Of a DNA stretch of 64,000 nucleotides, positions 7,340-17,417 are shown piece after piece (the first letter of the stretch is position 1; each line of letters starts with the position of its first letter). The notes below the pieces were generated by a model. That model was not told the DNA's origin. It saw only the letters and a list, made by a program, of their open reading frames with translations, and made no database searches. The DNA lies in the IMG/VR virus record IMGVR_UViG_3300044727_000045; one strand, given 5' to 3'. Position numbers and translations under genes: made by a program. The stretch comes from an uncultured virus (IMG/VR IMGVR_UViG_3300044727_000045) (lineage: Duplodnaviria; Heunggongvirae; Uroviricota; Caudoviricetes).

Positions 7340-9117
7340 CCCTGGCTGATGTTACGGCGGGTTTTGCCGAGCTGATCAAAGATAAGCCCGAAGTAGCGAA
7401 CGAGATCCTGGGTGATATAGACCCAATCACCTGGATGGCTTACCGGGCGCAGCTTAGAACTGAGAAGCTCGAGCCGCTGGAGTTCGAAGACCACCTGCCG
7501 ATGGTGGACGTGTACCGCGACTGGCACCCTGCCATTGTAGCCCAGAAGGGTAGCCAGATCGGTATGACGACTTGCCAGATCTGCAAGCTGCTGTATTACG
7601 CGGACACACATAACATCACGGCTATCTACACCATGCCCACTGCGAAGGACGTGTTCGAGTTCTCGCAGGCTAGATTTGCGCCCGTAATCAAAGCATCGCA
7701 ATACCTTAGTGCAAGGATGGGCAACGTTGACAATGCCACGCTCAAACGCATGGGCGCGAGTACACTCTATTTCCGCGGAGCTCAAAAGCACAGCCAGGCT
7801 ATTTCTGTTCCTGCGGACATCATTGTCAACGACGAGTACGATTTCTCTGATCAAGCAGTCATGGACACTTTCGAGAAACGGGTGGGTGCCAGCAAGCTCA
7901 AATGGTTCTGGCGTTTCAGTACGCCGAGTATACCGGACTTCGGCATCAACGCGCTATATAAAGATACGGATCAAAGACACTGGCTTGTCAGGTGTACAAG
8001 CTGCGGAAAGTGGCAGAACGTCACATTCGAGCACAACCTACTCAAGCGTACCGGCGGTACCCCATACTTCGGCTGTGGACGCTGTAAGACAAGGCTGAAG
8101 CGCCGCAATGGTATGTGGGTAGCCAAGTACCCAAACCGTGCTAAAGACGATGTCTACGACGATCGTGGCAATCTTACGTCTCCTGCTGAAGGAATGCGCG
8201 GCTACTGGATCAATCCCCTCACTTTTACGTATGTGACGGCCAAGGGTGTCTGGAACGAGTGGCGCAAGGTTGAGCGTAAGAACACCAACTACGCCCGCAA
8301 GCGTTTCTATAACTTCGATCTGGGCATGCCTTATCTCAGTGGCGAGGGTTTGATTACCCGTGAAACCATCACCCGCACTATGCAGGCATCCGTGTCAGAC
8401 AGCGGCTTCAACGTCATCGGAGTTGACCAGGGTGACTTACTCCATTGGGTGGTTCGACGAATACTACCTACCGGACGCATGGCCGTCATCGCGTTCGGGG
8501 TTACAAACGACTTCTACAAAATTGATCAAATCATTAGTCTGTACCGCGTGCGGTCTGGAATTATCGACGCCCTCCCCAACAAGCACAACGCCCGAGACCT
8601 AGTCCAACGCTTTCGTGGGCGTATGTTCATGGCATACTATCGTGACCAGAGGGAAGAGCGAAAGTACGTAACTGAGAACAAGCGTCGGGAACAAGAGAAG
8701 AAGAAGCACGACCAGGAAGTCGAAACCAGCACCATGCACCTGGACCGTACTGAAACACTGGACGACAGCGGGCAGGACTGGATTGACGGCATGGCGTTCT
8801 TAGTGGGTGACCCCATGCGCAATCTCAGCGAGGAGCAAGAAGAGTTCATCAAGCAGATGACTAACATGAAGCGCGACCTAGCTGAGGACGCTAAAGGTAA
8901 TACGGTAGCCGTGTGGATCAAAGTGGGTGACGACCACTATCGCCACGCGGATAACTACGCGAAGGTGGCTGGGAATATATACGGGAGGGGACGCATTGAA
9001 GACCTGTACGTGGGTGGGGCTATTGGCACAGCTAATGGTGGACTAAGCATCTCAGACCTCGTTCCACGGGGTATGGACTTGCGATCTACTTTTGGGAACC
9101 TGAGCAAGTTGTTATAG
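7336..9117 (+). CDS. terL: terminase large subunit, GpA-like
   Basis: QKGSQIGMTT Walker A, IVNDEYD Walker B, FSTPS motif, CxxC pairs, IGVDQG nuclease, DHYRHA. Confidence 0.92.
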   Translation: MTLADVTAGFAELIKDKPEVANEILGDIDPITWMAYRAQLRTEKLEPLEFEDHLPMVDVYRDWHPAIVAQKGSQIGMTTCQICKLLYYADTHNITAIYTMPTAKDVFEFSQARFAPVIKASQYLSARMGNVDNATLKRMGASTLYFRGAQKHSQAISVPADIIVNDEYDFSDQAVMDTFEKRVGASKLKWFWRFSTPSIPDFGINALYKDTDQRHWLVRCTSCGKWQNVTFEHNLLKRTGGTPYFGCGRCKTRLKRRNGMWVAKYPNRAKDDVYDDRGNLTSPAEGMRGYWINPLTFTYVTAKGVWNEWRKVERKNTNYARKRFYNFDLGMPYLSGEGLITRETITRTMQASVSDSGFNVIGVDQGDLLHWVVRRILPTGRMAVIAFGVTNDFYKIDQIISLYRVRSGIIDALPNKHNARDLVQRFRGRMFMAYYRDQREERKYVTENKRREQEKKKHDQEVETSTMHLDRTETLDDSGQDWIDGMAFLVGDPMRNLSEEQEEFIKQMTNMKRDLAEDAKGNTVAVWIKVGDDHYRHADNYAKVAGNIYGRGRIEDLYVGGAIGTANGGLSISDLVPRGMDLRSTFGNLSKLL

Positions 9118-9127
9118 GATATGTCCA

Positions 9128-10597
9128 ATGCCCGCCGGAAGACCAAGGAACATAGTAAAGGACTTGCAACCTGAGGAGACACGGGACAAGCCTGTTCTTG
9201 CTGAGATTGGCAAGGCTGTCGTATCTCCTTTCTCGTTGTTTGACATTGACGAGCTATACGACGAAAGCTCGGTAACGCTGGCCGAACTGGACCGCATGAT
9301 CCAGACAGACGGCCAGGCACAGTCACTGTATCGTATCCTGACCATGCCCATACGGGCGGGTGAGCTAAGGGTAAAGCCAACTGACGGCGGGGTCAACGAG
9401 GCTGCCTTTATCCATGCTCAACTGGTAAACCCCCCAGAGCTAGGGGGTATGACGACGCCGTGGGCAGGGGTGATCCAGAACATTGCCAAGTACATTCTCG
9501 ATGGCGCGGAAGTGCTCGAGAAGGTGCATGAGGTCCGAAACGGGCATTGGGTGCTGCGCAAGCTAGCCCCCAGACCTCGTAACTCCATTGTCATCAACAT
9601 GGACGCCAAGGGTGGCTTCGCGGGTGTTGACCAGGTACTTCCTTCAGGTACCGTACACATCCCGACCCACAAGTGCGTCCTGTTTGTCAATGGCAAGGAG
9701 TTCAACCCGCTGTACGGGCGCAGCATGATGTTACCCGCGTATGGGCATTATGAGATGAAGCACAAGCTATACTACATCTCACATCTTGCCTACGCATTGA
9801 ACGCGATTCCCATTAGGGAAGGCAGTATCCCGCCAGGGGCTATGGATAGCGAGCGGCGAGCGTTCCAGAATGCACTCGATAACGTTGGCGTGAATACCAG
9901 CATTATCGTGCCAGAAGGTTACGGCATGGAGATTCATGAGACTCGGCAGGTGGCAGACAGTATGCCCCTGATCGACCACCATGACATCGAGATGGGTAAG
10001 GCCGTTCTGGGCCAGATCATTAACATGGGTACTACTGTGTCGGGCGGCAGTTACTCTCTGGGCCAGACACAGCTGGAAATGCTCTTGCTCGCTCTGCAAA
10101 CCCTGCGCGAGGATATTGCTCAGGTCATCAACAGCTACGTCATCCCCGAGCTAATCGACTGGAATTTCAGTAGTAAGAGGTACCCTCAGCTCAGGCTGTT
10201 GCCACCTGCAACAGACATGAAGGCACTGAGCAAAGAGGTCTTCCAGCATATCAGTGCTGCCCGTCAGGTGAATACTACTGCGGAGTTCTGGCTAAAACTA
10301 GAGCGCAAGATGGCAGAGATGCTCGGGTTTGAAGACGAGATCGATTACGATAAGAAAGAAGCCGAGATGCTGGCGAGCATTGAGGAGCGGCAGCAAGCGC
10401 AGTCTGGCGTATCACAGGTCAAGGTTGCAGAGAAACAGGCAGCTACCGCAGAAAAGGCTCAGAAAGATTCCGCCAAGATTGCAGAGAAACAGGCCGCAAC
10501 CGCCGAGAAGGTGGCGAACAAGCCAACACCGCCGCCCGTTGTTGCTCCCGTTGGCGCTCGGCGACAGCCTACACGGCCAGCCCAGACCAGGAAGTAG
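9128..10597 (+). CDS. portal protein (DUF935/Mu gp29-like)
   Basis: LRKLAPRP, NPLYGRSMM, GSYSLGQ, VIPELIDWNF; follows terL. Confidence 0.88.
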   Translation: MPAGRPRNIVKDLQPEETRDKPVLAEIGKAVVSPFSLFDIDELYDESSVTLAELDRMIQTDGQAQSLYRILTMPIRAGELRVKPTDGGVNEAAFIHAQLVNPPELGGMTTPWAGVIQNIAKYILDGAEVLEKVHEVRNGHWVLRKLAPRPRNSIVINMDAKGGFAGVDQVLPSGTVHIPTHKCVLFVNGKEFNPLYGRSMMLPAYGHYEMKHKLYYISHLAYALNAIPIREGSIPPGAMDSERRAFQNALDNVGVNTSIIVPEGYGMEIHETRQVADSMPLIDHHDIEMGKAVLGQIINMGTTVSGGSYSLGQTQLEMLLLALQTLREDIAQVINSYVIPELIDWNFSSKRYPQLRLLPPATDMKALSKEVFQHISAARQVNTTAEFWLKLERKMAEMLGFEDEIDYDKKEAEMLASIEERQQAQSGVSQVKVAEKQAATAEKAQKDSAKIAEKQAATAEKVANKPTPPPVVAPVGARRQPTRPAQTRK

Positions 10598-10600
10598 TAT

Positions 10601-12058
10601 ATGCCCTGGAGTAAGAAAAACATCCCAGGACCAGCGAAGAACTGGTCCCCGGCTGCCCAAGCGGTCTGTATCAGGGTAGCCAATGCCACACTTAAGAACG
10701 GAGGGTCCGATACAGATGCGATTCGGGCGTGCATTGGTGCCGTGAAGCGGTCTCATCCTGGTACCATCAAAACACCCAAGAGAGACTGGAAGGGCCGGAA
10801 GCACGACGACGTATCCGCTCTGGCCTTTACCGCAGGGTTCTACGCATTACCCAAGATTGAATTGGAGGAGGGCGAAAGCAGCGTTAGCACGCTACAGGTA
10901 CTCCCGCAAGGCAAGTTCAAGCACCCCTGGTATGGTGACCTCGATTTCTCCGAACCCAGGCTCCGCACAATGCAGCGAAATTTCGACAGGAAGGTGCTTG
11001 GCATCGATGTCATGGTTGACGAGGGCCATGACCGTTCGAAGGCTCTAGGGTGGTTCAAAGGACTCAAGCATCGCAACAGGCACGTAATCAATGGCGTCGA
11101 GTACGCTGGCTTGTTTGCGGAGATTGAGTGGAACGACCTGGGTCGTGACTTGCTGGAACGTGACATCTACAGGTACTTTAGCGCTGAGGTCGGTAGCTAC
11201 ACCGATGCCACAGGCAAGAAGTACACAGACGTTGTATTCGGTGGCGGTCTAACGAACCGTCCGTTCTTCAAGCAAATGCCAGCCGTGCAGTTTGAAGATG
11301 GCACTGCTGACGACCGTTTCTTGATTGGGTTGTTTGACGACCGTGATTGGTCGTTTAGCGATGTCGAAGAGGATGATGAGGAAGACGATGGAAAGACGTT
11401 TTTCTCGGGATACTCTAGCGCCGAACCTGATCCAGATGAAGACGAAGAAGACGACGACGATGAAGAAGAAGACGAGGACGAGGCAAAAGACGTGAAGTTT
11501 TCTGATCTGATTGCGAAGCTCAACAGGGAATACAGTCTGGTGTTGAGCGATTCCAACGAGACTGAAGTTGCTGAGGCAATCGAGCACGCCTTCAGCAGCC
11601 AGGCGGCTCTTGTCAAGGTGCGCAAGGCATTTTCGGACGCTGGCTTCAAGTTCGATTCAAATTCGGACATCGCTGGTGTTGTTCTGGCGGGGTATAACGC
11701 CTTGAAGACACAGAACACCGAGAACGCTGAGGCTATCAAAGAGATTCGCCAGGAGCTTGACGATACCAGGGCGTCTACAGCTGTTGACAAACTGATCGAA
11801 GCTGGCAAGGTAGCTCCTGCGAAGCGCGACCAGTACATTCGGCTGTACGGCACCAACAACGAGCTGTTCGAAGACCTGACCAAGGATCTGACTCCGACCC
11901 TGGTGGTTGGTGAGATCGGCGGGGATGGCACTCCTCTGGAACCAGGACACGGTAGCGCCGAGGCATTCAAGGATACTACCAAGGCCACCGAGGAAGCGGA
12001 CCGCTACATGAATCTGGTTCCGGTTCTCGAAGACCGTCTCGCGGCGAGGAAGAAGTAA
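10601..12058 (+). CDS. Mu-like prohead protease/scaffold with N-terminal ChaB/YdaT-like domain
   Basis: GKFKHPWYG, VDEGH, ALGW, IEWNDLG, YRYFSAE, GGGLTNRPF; acidic linker and helical scaffold. Confidence 0.85.
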   Translation: MPWSKKNIPGPAKNWSPAAQAVCIRVANATLKNGGSDTDAIRACIGAVKRSHPGTIKTPKRDWKGRKHDDVSALAFTAGFYALPKIELEEGESSVSTLQVLPQGKFKHPWYGDLDFSEPRLRTMQRNFDRKVLGIDVMVDEGHDRSKALGWFKGLKHRNRHVINGVEYAGLFAEIEWNDLGRDLLERDIYRYFSAEVGSYTDATGKKYTDVVFGGGLTNRPFFKQMPAVQFEDGTADDRFLIGLFDDRDWSFSDVEEDDEEDDGKTFFSGYSSAEPDPDEDEEDDDDEEEDEDEAKDVKFSDLIAKLNREYSLVLSDSNETEVAEAIEHAFSSQAALVKVRKAFSDAGFKFDSNSDIAGVVLAGYNALKTQNTENAEAIKEIRQELDDTRASTAVDKLIEAGKVAPAKRDQYIRLYGTNNELFEDLTKDLTPTLVVGEIGGDGTPLEPGHGSAEAFKDTTKATEEADRYMNLVPVLEDRLAARKK

Positions 12059-12061
12059 ACG

Positions 12062-12472
12062 ATGCCAGTTTCTCCTATCCCTGGCGGCAACACCCGTTCC
12101 TACGGTTCGGTTAGCAGCGTTGCCATTGTCAACCCTGTTGAGATTCTGCGCAGCCAGGCTCTCATGTGCAGGATCTCGGGGTTCGCTAGCGTGGCCCCCG
12201 CGACGGCCAACATCGTTCCTGGCATGGGTCTGATCAAGGACGCTACTTCGGGTCGTTACCGTCCGGTCAACCCTGCCACGGAAGCCGCTGAGCTTGTGGC
12301 TGCAAACTATGTCTACACCAGTGCCACCGAAGAGCAGGTGTGTGACTGCTACCTCACGGGTATCTTCAAGTATTCGGAGTTGATCAAGCTGTACACAGCA
12401 CCGCAGATTGCGACTGTGTTTGTTGGCAGCAAGGTTCGCCCGAATCTTGACGCTGTTATCGTGACGGGGTAA
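12062..12472 (+). CDS. head decoration protein
   Basis: size and position between protease and capsid; GMGLIKDATSGRYRP. Confidence 0.65.
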   Translation: MPVSPIPGGNTRSYGSVSSVAIVNPVEILRSQALMCRISGFASVAPATANIVPGMGLIKDATSGRYRPVNPATEAAELVAANYVYTSATEEQVCDCYLTGIFKYSELIKLYTAPQIATVFVGSKVRPNLDAVIVTG

Positions 12473-12478
12473 GGTACG

Positions 12479-13480
12479 ATGCCAGAGATCAGCCTGCTTC
12501 AGCCGACGGTCCTCAACGGCTTCGTGCGTCGCAAGCCGTTTCCCCAGAACATGCTTGGACTTACCATCATGGGTGCCCGCACGGGCTACCCGTTCCCCAA
12601 TTGGGCGTACGATATCGTCCAGGGGAACCAGCTCATGTCCAAGCCGAACGTGCCCAACCAGGAAGCCCACATTCGGCCACAGCGTGGTGTCGGGCAGGTA
12701 GCTGGTTCGTTCATCTACATGCGTGACAAGAAGGTCTTCACGCCAACCGCTATCCACTGGCTGCGCACCCCTGGCGAGATGGCTCGCAGCGCGGCAGAGG
12801 CCAAGGTTGCTGAAGAGGTTGCGGACCTGGACGACGCTATCGAACGCTTCGTCGAGTGGTCCGTGTGGCAGATGCTCCTGACGGGCACTCTGGTGGTGAA
12901 TAGGCCCGATGCACCTAGGGTCAACGTCAACTACCAGATCCCGTCGGACCATCTGTTCACGCCTTCCCCGCTGTGGACGGATCTCGCGAACAGCAACATC
13001 CTGGCGAACCTCAATGCGTGGCGGCTGAAGATTCTAACCGACAGCAACACCACTGTTCGGCGCGTCTTCCTCAACAGCACCACCATGTACGCTACGGTGT
13101 TTGCGAACCAGAAGATCCAGAACATGCTCAGCAACGAGATGAAGGATAACTTCCTCAAGACGGGCATTATTCAGGGTCTGGGCGGCGTCGATTGGGTGAT
13201 GTACGACAACACCTATACCGACGACTGGACGGTTCCGGGTACCCCGAGCACGCAGATGTTCATCCCGAACAACAAGGTTCTCTTGCTTGCCGAGGACCGA
13301 AGTGCTTACGGTATCATGGAGGGGCCAACCGCTGACGACGAGGCACCTGCGAACAACACTGGCAAGTACACCAAGTCCTGGAAGGAAAAGGATCCCAGCA
13401 CGCGGGTGGTTCTCGAAGAGTACCCGTTCATTCCGATCCTTCCCAAGCCCGACAACGTCGGCATTGCGACGGTAGGTTAG
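12479..13480 (+). CDS. major capsid protein (capsid E family)
   Basis: 333 aa; EWSVWQMLLTG, VNYQIP, KSWKEKDPS, PILPKPD. Confidence 0.88.
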   Translation: MPEISLLQPTVLNGFVRRKPFPQNMLGLTIMGARTGYPFPNWAYDIVQGNQLMSKPNVPNQEAHIRPQRGVGQVAGSFIYMRDKKVFTPTAIHWLRTPGEMARSAAEAKVAEEVADLDDAIERFVEWSVWQMLLTGTLVVNRPDAPRVNVNYQIPSDHLFTPSPLWTDLANSNILANLNAWRLKILTDSNTTVRRVFLNSTTMYATVFANQKIQNMLSNEMKDNFLKTGIIQGLGGVDWVMYDNTYTDDWTVPGTPSTQMFIPNNKVLLLAEDRSAYGIMEGPTADDEAPANNTGKYTKSWKEKDPSTRVVLEEYPFIPILPKPDNVGIATVG

Positions 13481-13482
13481 TC

Positions 13483-14118
13483 ATGGCAGAAGCAACAGAG
13501 AACGAAGTGGAGTACGCCGACTACTACCAGTGCACGGCTGGTTTCACGGTTGGCGTCAATGTCTGTGCCGAGGGTGAGGTTCTTGAAGGCAGCGCGATGG
13601 GCTTCTCGGAGTCCAACCCGCCGCTGTCCGAAGAGGACCAGCTCAAGCAGTACGGGCAGGTGATGTACAAGGAATACGAGCCAGAGGAAGACGAAGATCT
13701 GGTTCCTATTCAACACGTCTCGCGCAGCATTCGGGCGTTGCAGGGTATGCAGAGTCCGGACATGCCGCCCGTGGAAGCGCCCACGCTTGCCACCGAGGCA
13801 CCACTGTTCACCCTCAGCCGCCAGGAGCTGCGCAAGAAGGCCAAGCGTCTTGGTCTCAACTTCCCAGAGGATACCGATCGCGAGCAGATGATCGGGGCCA
13901 TTGAGAAGAAGGAGAAGGAGAACGCTGAGGGCGAGGGCGACAATAAGGACGAGAACGAGATCGTCGCCAAGCGCCGAGAGCATGCCAGGGAAGTCATCGA
14001 AGAGAACAATGCGATGATTGCCTCGGGCGGCAATGGTGGTGGCGGTTCTGCACCACGTCGGTCGCGCGCACCGCGTCAGGAAGCCCCGCCCGAAGAGGAG
14101 CAACCGCGTGCTGAGTAA
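13483..14118 (+). CDS. acidic protein with HeH/Rho-N-like motif
   Basis: LSRQELRKKAKRLGLNFPEDTDREQMIGAI. Confidence 0.65.
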   Translation: MAEATENEVEYADYYQCTAGFTVGVNVCAEGEVLEGSAMGFSESNPPLSEEDQLKQYGQVMYKEYEPEEDEDLVPIQHVSRSIRALQGMQSPDMPPVEAPTLATEAPLFTLSRQELRKKAKRLGLNFPEDTDREQMIGAIEKKEKENAEGEGDNKDENEIVAKRREHAREVIEENNAMIASGGNGGGGSAPRRSRAPRQEAPPEEEQPRAE

Positions 14119-14227
14119 GACAGTCGGTGGTAAGCCATCTCGCCAGGGTGGCTCGCGACAGCCTGGTGTTCCCAACGTCAAGATGGGTCCTCTCAAGGGT
14201 TCCAAAGGGGCTACGCGCCCCAAGTAG
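14108..14227 (+). CDS. small basic peptide
   Basis: GTG start after GAGGAG; Gly/Lys/Pro-rich 39 aa. Confidence 0.35.
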   Translation: MLSKTVGGKPSRQGGSRQPGVPNVKMGPLKGSKGATRPK

Positions 14228-14233
14228 TGGATT

Positions 14234-14256
14234 GGGGGCGTTTGTCGCCCCCTTTC
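14234..14256 (+). terminator. intrinsic terminator after capsid block
   Basis: GGGGGCG-TTTGT-CGCCCCC-TTT. Confidence 0.55.
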
Positions 14257-14272
14257 CTCATTGGAGTTAGCA

Positions 14273-15118
14273 ATGGCGGCAATTATCCTGGGTATACGGG
14301 TGTCAAACATAGGTGAGATCATCTTGACCTATGACACCATGAACATCTATCGCGCCGAGACCCAGGATGGACCGTTCACGGACCTCATTGGCACTGTTCA
14401 GCTTGTAGCCAATACCATACAGTATGAGTACACGGACCCAGATGGTCTAGTGTCTAGTTGGTACAGTGCAAGCTACAAGGACACAACTACCGAGTCTGAG
14501 AAGTCGATGCCATTCCAGGGCATTCCCGCAGAGGGTCCGCTTGGTATCTTGACGCCAGACTATATCAGGGCCAACACCGAATTTCCTGGGCTAGCTGCCC
14601 TGAGCGACGTAAGGCTGTGGAACTACATCTGGCGGGCCGAAAGCCTGATGTACAGTTGGAGTCTCCAGTACGGGGGCTTCTGTGTTCAGGGTAAAGAGAA
14701 CTTTGCGGTAATGTCCCGTATCGCGGGCTTGATGGTTGTTGAGCAGCTGTACATCACCACAGATGCCAGCAGCAGGGTTCGGCGCGTCAGTGGGGTGAAA
14801 TCCGAGAGAATCGGGTCTTACCAGTACACGATGGCCGATGAAGGCAAGACAACTACCACGACCCAGGACTACAACGACCCGTATGCGTTTGGTGCAGAAG
14901 CTCTTGCCATCATGGGGCACTACACCTGCGGGACTGTCACCACGGTACACATGAAGACTACTCAGGTGTTCCCAGAACTGGCTCCGGTTGCAGGTTACCC
15001 GCTTACCCCACAGTACGTGGGCGTAGAAGTGCGTCCATGGCACGATTTTACCGATCTGGAGCTACTGCGCGGCGTATTGTTGCCGGGTAGCCACATTAGC
15101 ACTAGAGACCCTGCCTGA
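14273..15118 (+). CDS. head-tail adaptor with N-terminal FN3/Ig-like segment
   Basis: VKSERIGSYQYT adaptor motif; NIYRA...YEYTD...SWY. Confidence 0.65.
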   Translation: MAAIILGIRVSNIGEIILTYDTMNIYRAETQDGPFTDLIGTVQLVANTIQYEYTDPDGLVSSWYSASYKDTTTESEKSMPFQGIPAEGPLGILTPDYIRANTEFPGLAALSDVRLWNYIWRAESLMYSWSLQYGGFCVQGKENFAVMSRIAGLMVVEQLYITTDASSRVRRVSGVKSERIGSYQYTMADEGKTTTTTQDYNDPYAFGAEALAIMGHYTCGTVTTVHMKTTQVFPELAPVAGYPLTPQYVGVEVRPWHDFTDLELLRGVLLPGSHISTRDPA

Positions 15119-15480
15119 TGCCTCTTGCAGCTCTTCTAAACCGTGTGTGTGATATCTGGGGTACTACGCATGGCGATCCGGAAACCGAGGACGACGTAGA
15201 TATCGAAGTTATTGCCTTCGCGGCAGTACCCTGTAGAGTTGACAGTGTCCTCTATCGCCGAAGTTTTGAAGACCCTGCTACGGGTGGTTCTCTGGGCACT
15301 AAGAAAGCAGTCATCTTCATCCAAGACCCCAGACTCCAGTACCCAGAGAACTTCGACGAGAACAACTGGATTGTCGAGAACGGCATTCGCTACGGCATTA
15401 TCTCCATTGACGAAGTAGATGATCGTTTCACCATGCATCACTACGAAGTCAACTGCGAAGCCGGAAGGGTGGTACGCTGA
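15118..15480 (+). CDS. head closure protein
   Basis: LLNRVCDI, VPCRV, HHYEV; position. Confidence 0.7.
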   Translation: MPLAALLNRVCDIWGTTHGDPETEDDVDIEVIAFAAVPCRVDSVLYRRSFEDPATGGSLGTKKAVIFIQDPRLQYPENFDENNWIVENGIRYGIISIDEVDDRFTMHHYEVNCEAGRVVR

Positions 15481-16247
15481 TGGCTGCTAGTAGCTTGTCA
15501 ATGTACGTTAGCTCCGGGCAGTCGTTTACGCAACGAGGTCGGCCAGGTCGGGGCGGTATCACTTACGCTAGCGAGAAAGTCAACGACTTTGATGGTGCTA
15601 TCTCGGATATGGCAGCTCTAGATGCCAGACTGCTGGTTATGGGTCGTGATTCCGCTGTTCAGTTAGCCAATGCCTTGACAAGAAACACCAAAGAAGCTAT
15701 CCGTCGCCATATGCCTGCCCCTGGATGGCGACCTAGAGAAAGCACTGGTGAGCCGTTCGAGTTCTCTAAAGGCAGGTTAGCAGCGGCGTGGGGTATATAT
15801 ACACCGGAAATGATGCGTGGTCAGGTTGACGACGTAGGTTCTGTCCCCATCCAGGAAAAGCATGAGGAATGGGCGGCAGTCAACGGTGTGGCAGGTAGCC
15901 CTGACATCGAAGAAGGTACCGATATTGGTGAAGAGCTACAGGTCGAGATGGGTGCCATTACCGAGATCAAGCGTGTCAAAGGCAACGTCTGGTCTGTAGA
16001 CGTCGGGACGTTCCTACCCTATGCGGGCCTGGCAAACGACGGCGGCTCCATGATGATTCAGCCCTACGGTAATCCCAGGGCTACGCCTGTGAAAGCCCAT
16101 TGGGAAGGCGTACACTTTATCGAAGAAGGTATTGCTGAGACAGAAGCCCAGTCGGATGACATTGTTGAAGGGTCTGTCAACGCTGCCTTGCAGGGGCAGA
16201 CGGGTCGGCGTCGACAACCATACAAGGGCAGACGACGTAATGTCTAG
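15480..16247 (+). CDS. neck protein (HK97 gp10-like)
   Basis: GRLAAAW, VGTFLPYAGLANDG, GVHFIEEG. Confidence 0.65.
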   Translation: MAASSLSMYVSSGQSFTQRGRPGRGGITYASEKVNDFDGAISDMAALDARLLVMGRDSAVQLANALTRNTKEAIRRHMPAPGWRPRESTGEPFEFSKGRLAAAWGIYTPEMMRGQVDDVGSVPIQEKHEEWAAVNGVAGSPDIEEGTDIGEELQVEMGAITEIKRVKGNVWSVDVGTFLPYAGLANDGGSMMIQPYGNPRATPVKAHWEGVHFIEEGIAETEAQSDDIVEGSVNAALQGQTGRRRQPYKGRRRNV

Positions 16248-17130
16248 GTCAACGGCTACTATGGATCTAGAAGAGCAGTTTCACTCTGTGAAGCACGCTA
16301 TCTGGCAGATCTATCCAGTTGGCAGTAAGGCCAGGGTGCTGGAAAGCCGACCCAATACCCTGGTGCGTCCTAGCTGGCGCGTCTCATACCTGACCCACCG
16401 TGACGAACAGCTAACTTCTCGGCGCTATCGACAGGTTGTAGACTGGATCATCGATTACTATGGTATCAGCAGGGCTGATGTCATGGATAAGATGAATGCC
16501 TTCGAGCGCTCTATAAAGTTTGGCGGCAAGCGTTTCAGGTGGGTTAATCTCATTCCCGCATGGCGGTTTGATTGGCAGTATCCTGAGGTTGTGCTTACCA
16601 CTGCTGGTGATGGCTCTCTTGTTCCTGGATCGTATCTTGTACGGGTTAGCGCAGTTGATCTCTGCGATAATGAAAGTGCGGCCAGTGTCGCGCAAGAAGT
16701 AGTCGTAGCTGCGCCAAAGAACTCTATAGGCGTGCGTATCCCGCGTGTGCCATATAGCCAGCCTCTGTTCAAGAAGTATAACGTGTACGTCAACGGGCAT
16801 CGAGAAGTCTCCGTAGACTTGCCTGAAAGATACGGCGGTGCTTTCTATCCTCAAACTGCGATAAAGAATCTACTTGGCAGCGGCCCCGCCCCCCTGGAGC
16901 CAAGTGATACAGTTAGGGTCAGGTGGCAGTTTCTACGTGTCACGGGCTATGCGGCCGGAAGCAGAGAAGATGATGTCACTAATGGTGTGTTTACGGGGAA
17001 CATCACTCTGCAAACCACTGTGGAACAGGAGCATGACCGAGAACAGGCACCGCTTATTCAGTATGTTGAGGCAGAGACCACGCTAAACGTTGACGACAAA
17101 TTTACCATTGTCGTAGGAGAAGTGTTATGA
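16240..17130 (+). CDS. tail terminator/completion protein with inserted Ig-like domain
   Basis: position before sheath; YLVRVSAVD.DNES insertion. Confidence 0.55.
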   Translation: MSRSTATMDLEEQFHSVKHAIWQIYPVGSKARVLESRPNTLVRPSWRVSYLTHRDEQLTSRRYRQVVDWIIDYYGISRADVMDKMNAFERSIKFGGKRFRWVNLIPAWRFDWQYPEVVLTTAGDGSLVPGSYLVRVSAVDLCDNESAASVAQEVVVAAPKNSIGVRIPRVPYSQPLFKKYNVYVNGHREVSVDLPERYGGAFYPQTAIKNLLGSGPAPLEPSDTVRVRWQFLRVTGYAAGSREDDVTNGVFTGNITLQTTVEQEHDREQAPLIQYVEAETTLNVDDKFTIVVGEVL

Positions 17131-17417
17131 CAGAAACTCCTCCCGAGAACTCGCCGCCTGTTCCGCCCACCCAGACGGAAAAGGATGCTCAAGCAACCAA
17201 TCAGGAAGTACAGGGTCAGGCCCCTCTTGGCTACACGGATCATCGTACATACTCGATGTCCTTGTACAATCAGCCAGTGTGGGTTGTAGATGCTGTTTTC
17301 TCGACAGGACAGCTTGATCCGAATGAGCAGTACACACCAGGTCAGGTGCAGGGCGCTATTGACCAGATGATGGCTACTCCGGACAAGCAGTACGAAACGC
17401 CCCAGGAGGTCCAGTAA
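17127..17417 (+). CDS. small pre-sheath protein
   Basis: coupled to sheath gene, typical of PBSX-like operons. Confidence 0.6.
   Translation: MTETPPENSPPVPPTQTEKDAQATNQEVQGQAPLGYTDHRTYSMSLYNQPVWVVDAVFSTGQLDPNEQYTPGQVQGAIDQMMATPDKQYETPQEVQ

Noticed and set aside
11197..14322. Long antisense ORFs over head genes
   Set aside because: Antisense to well-supported structural genes, no motifs
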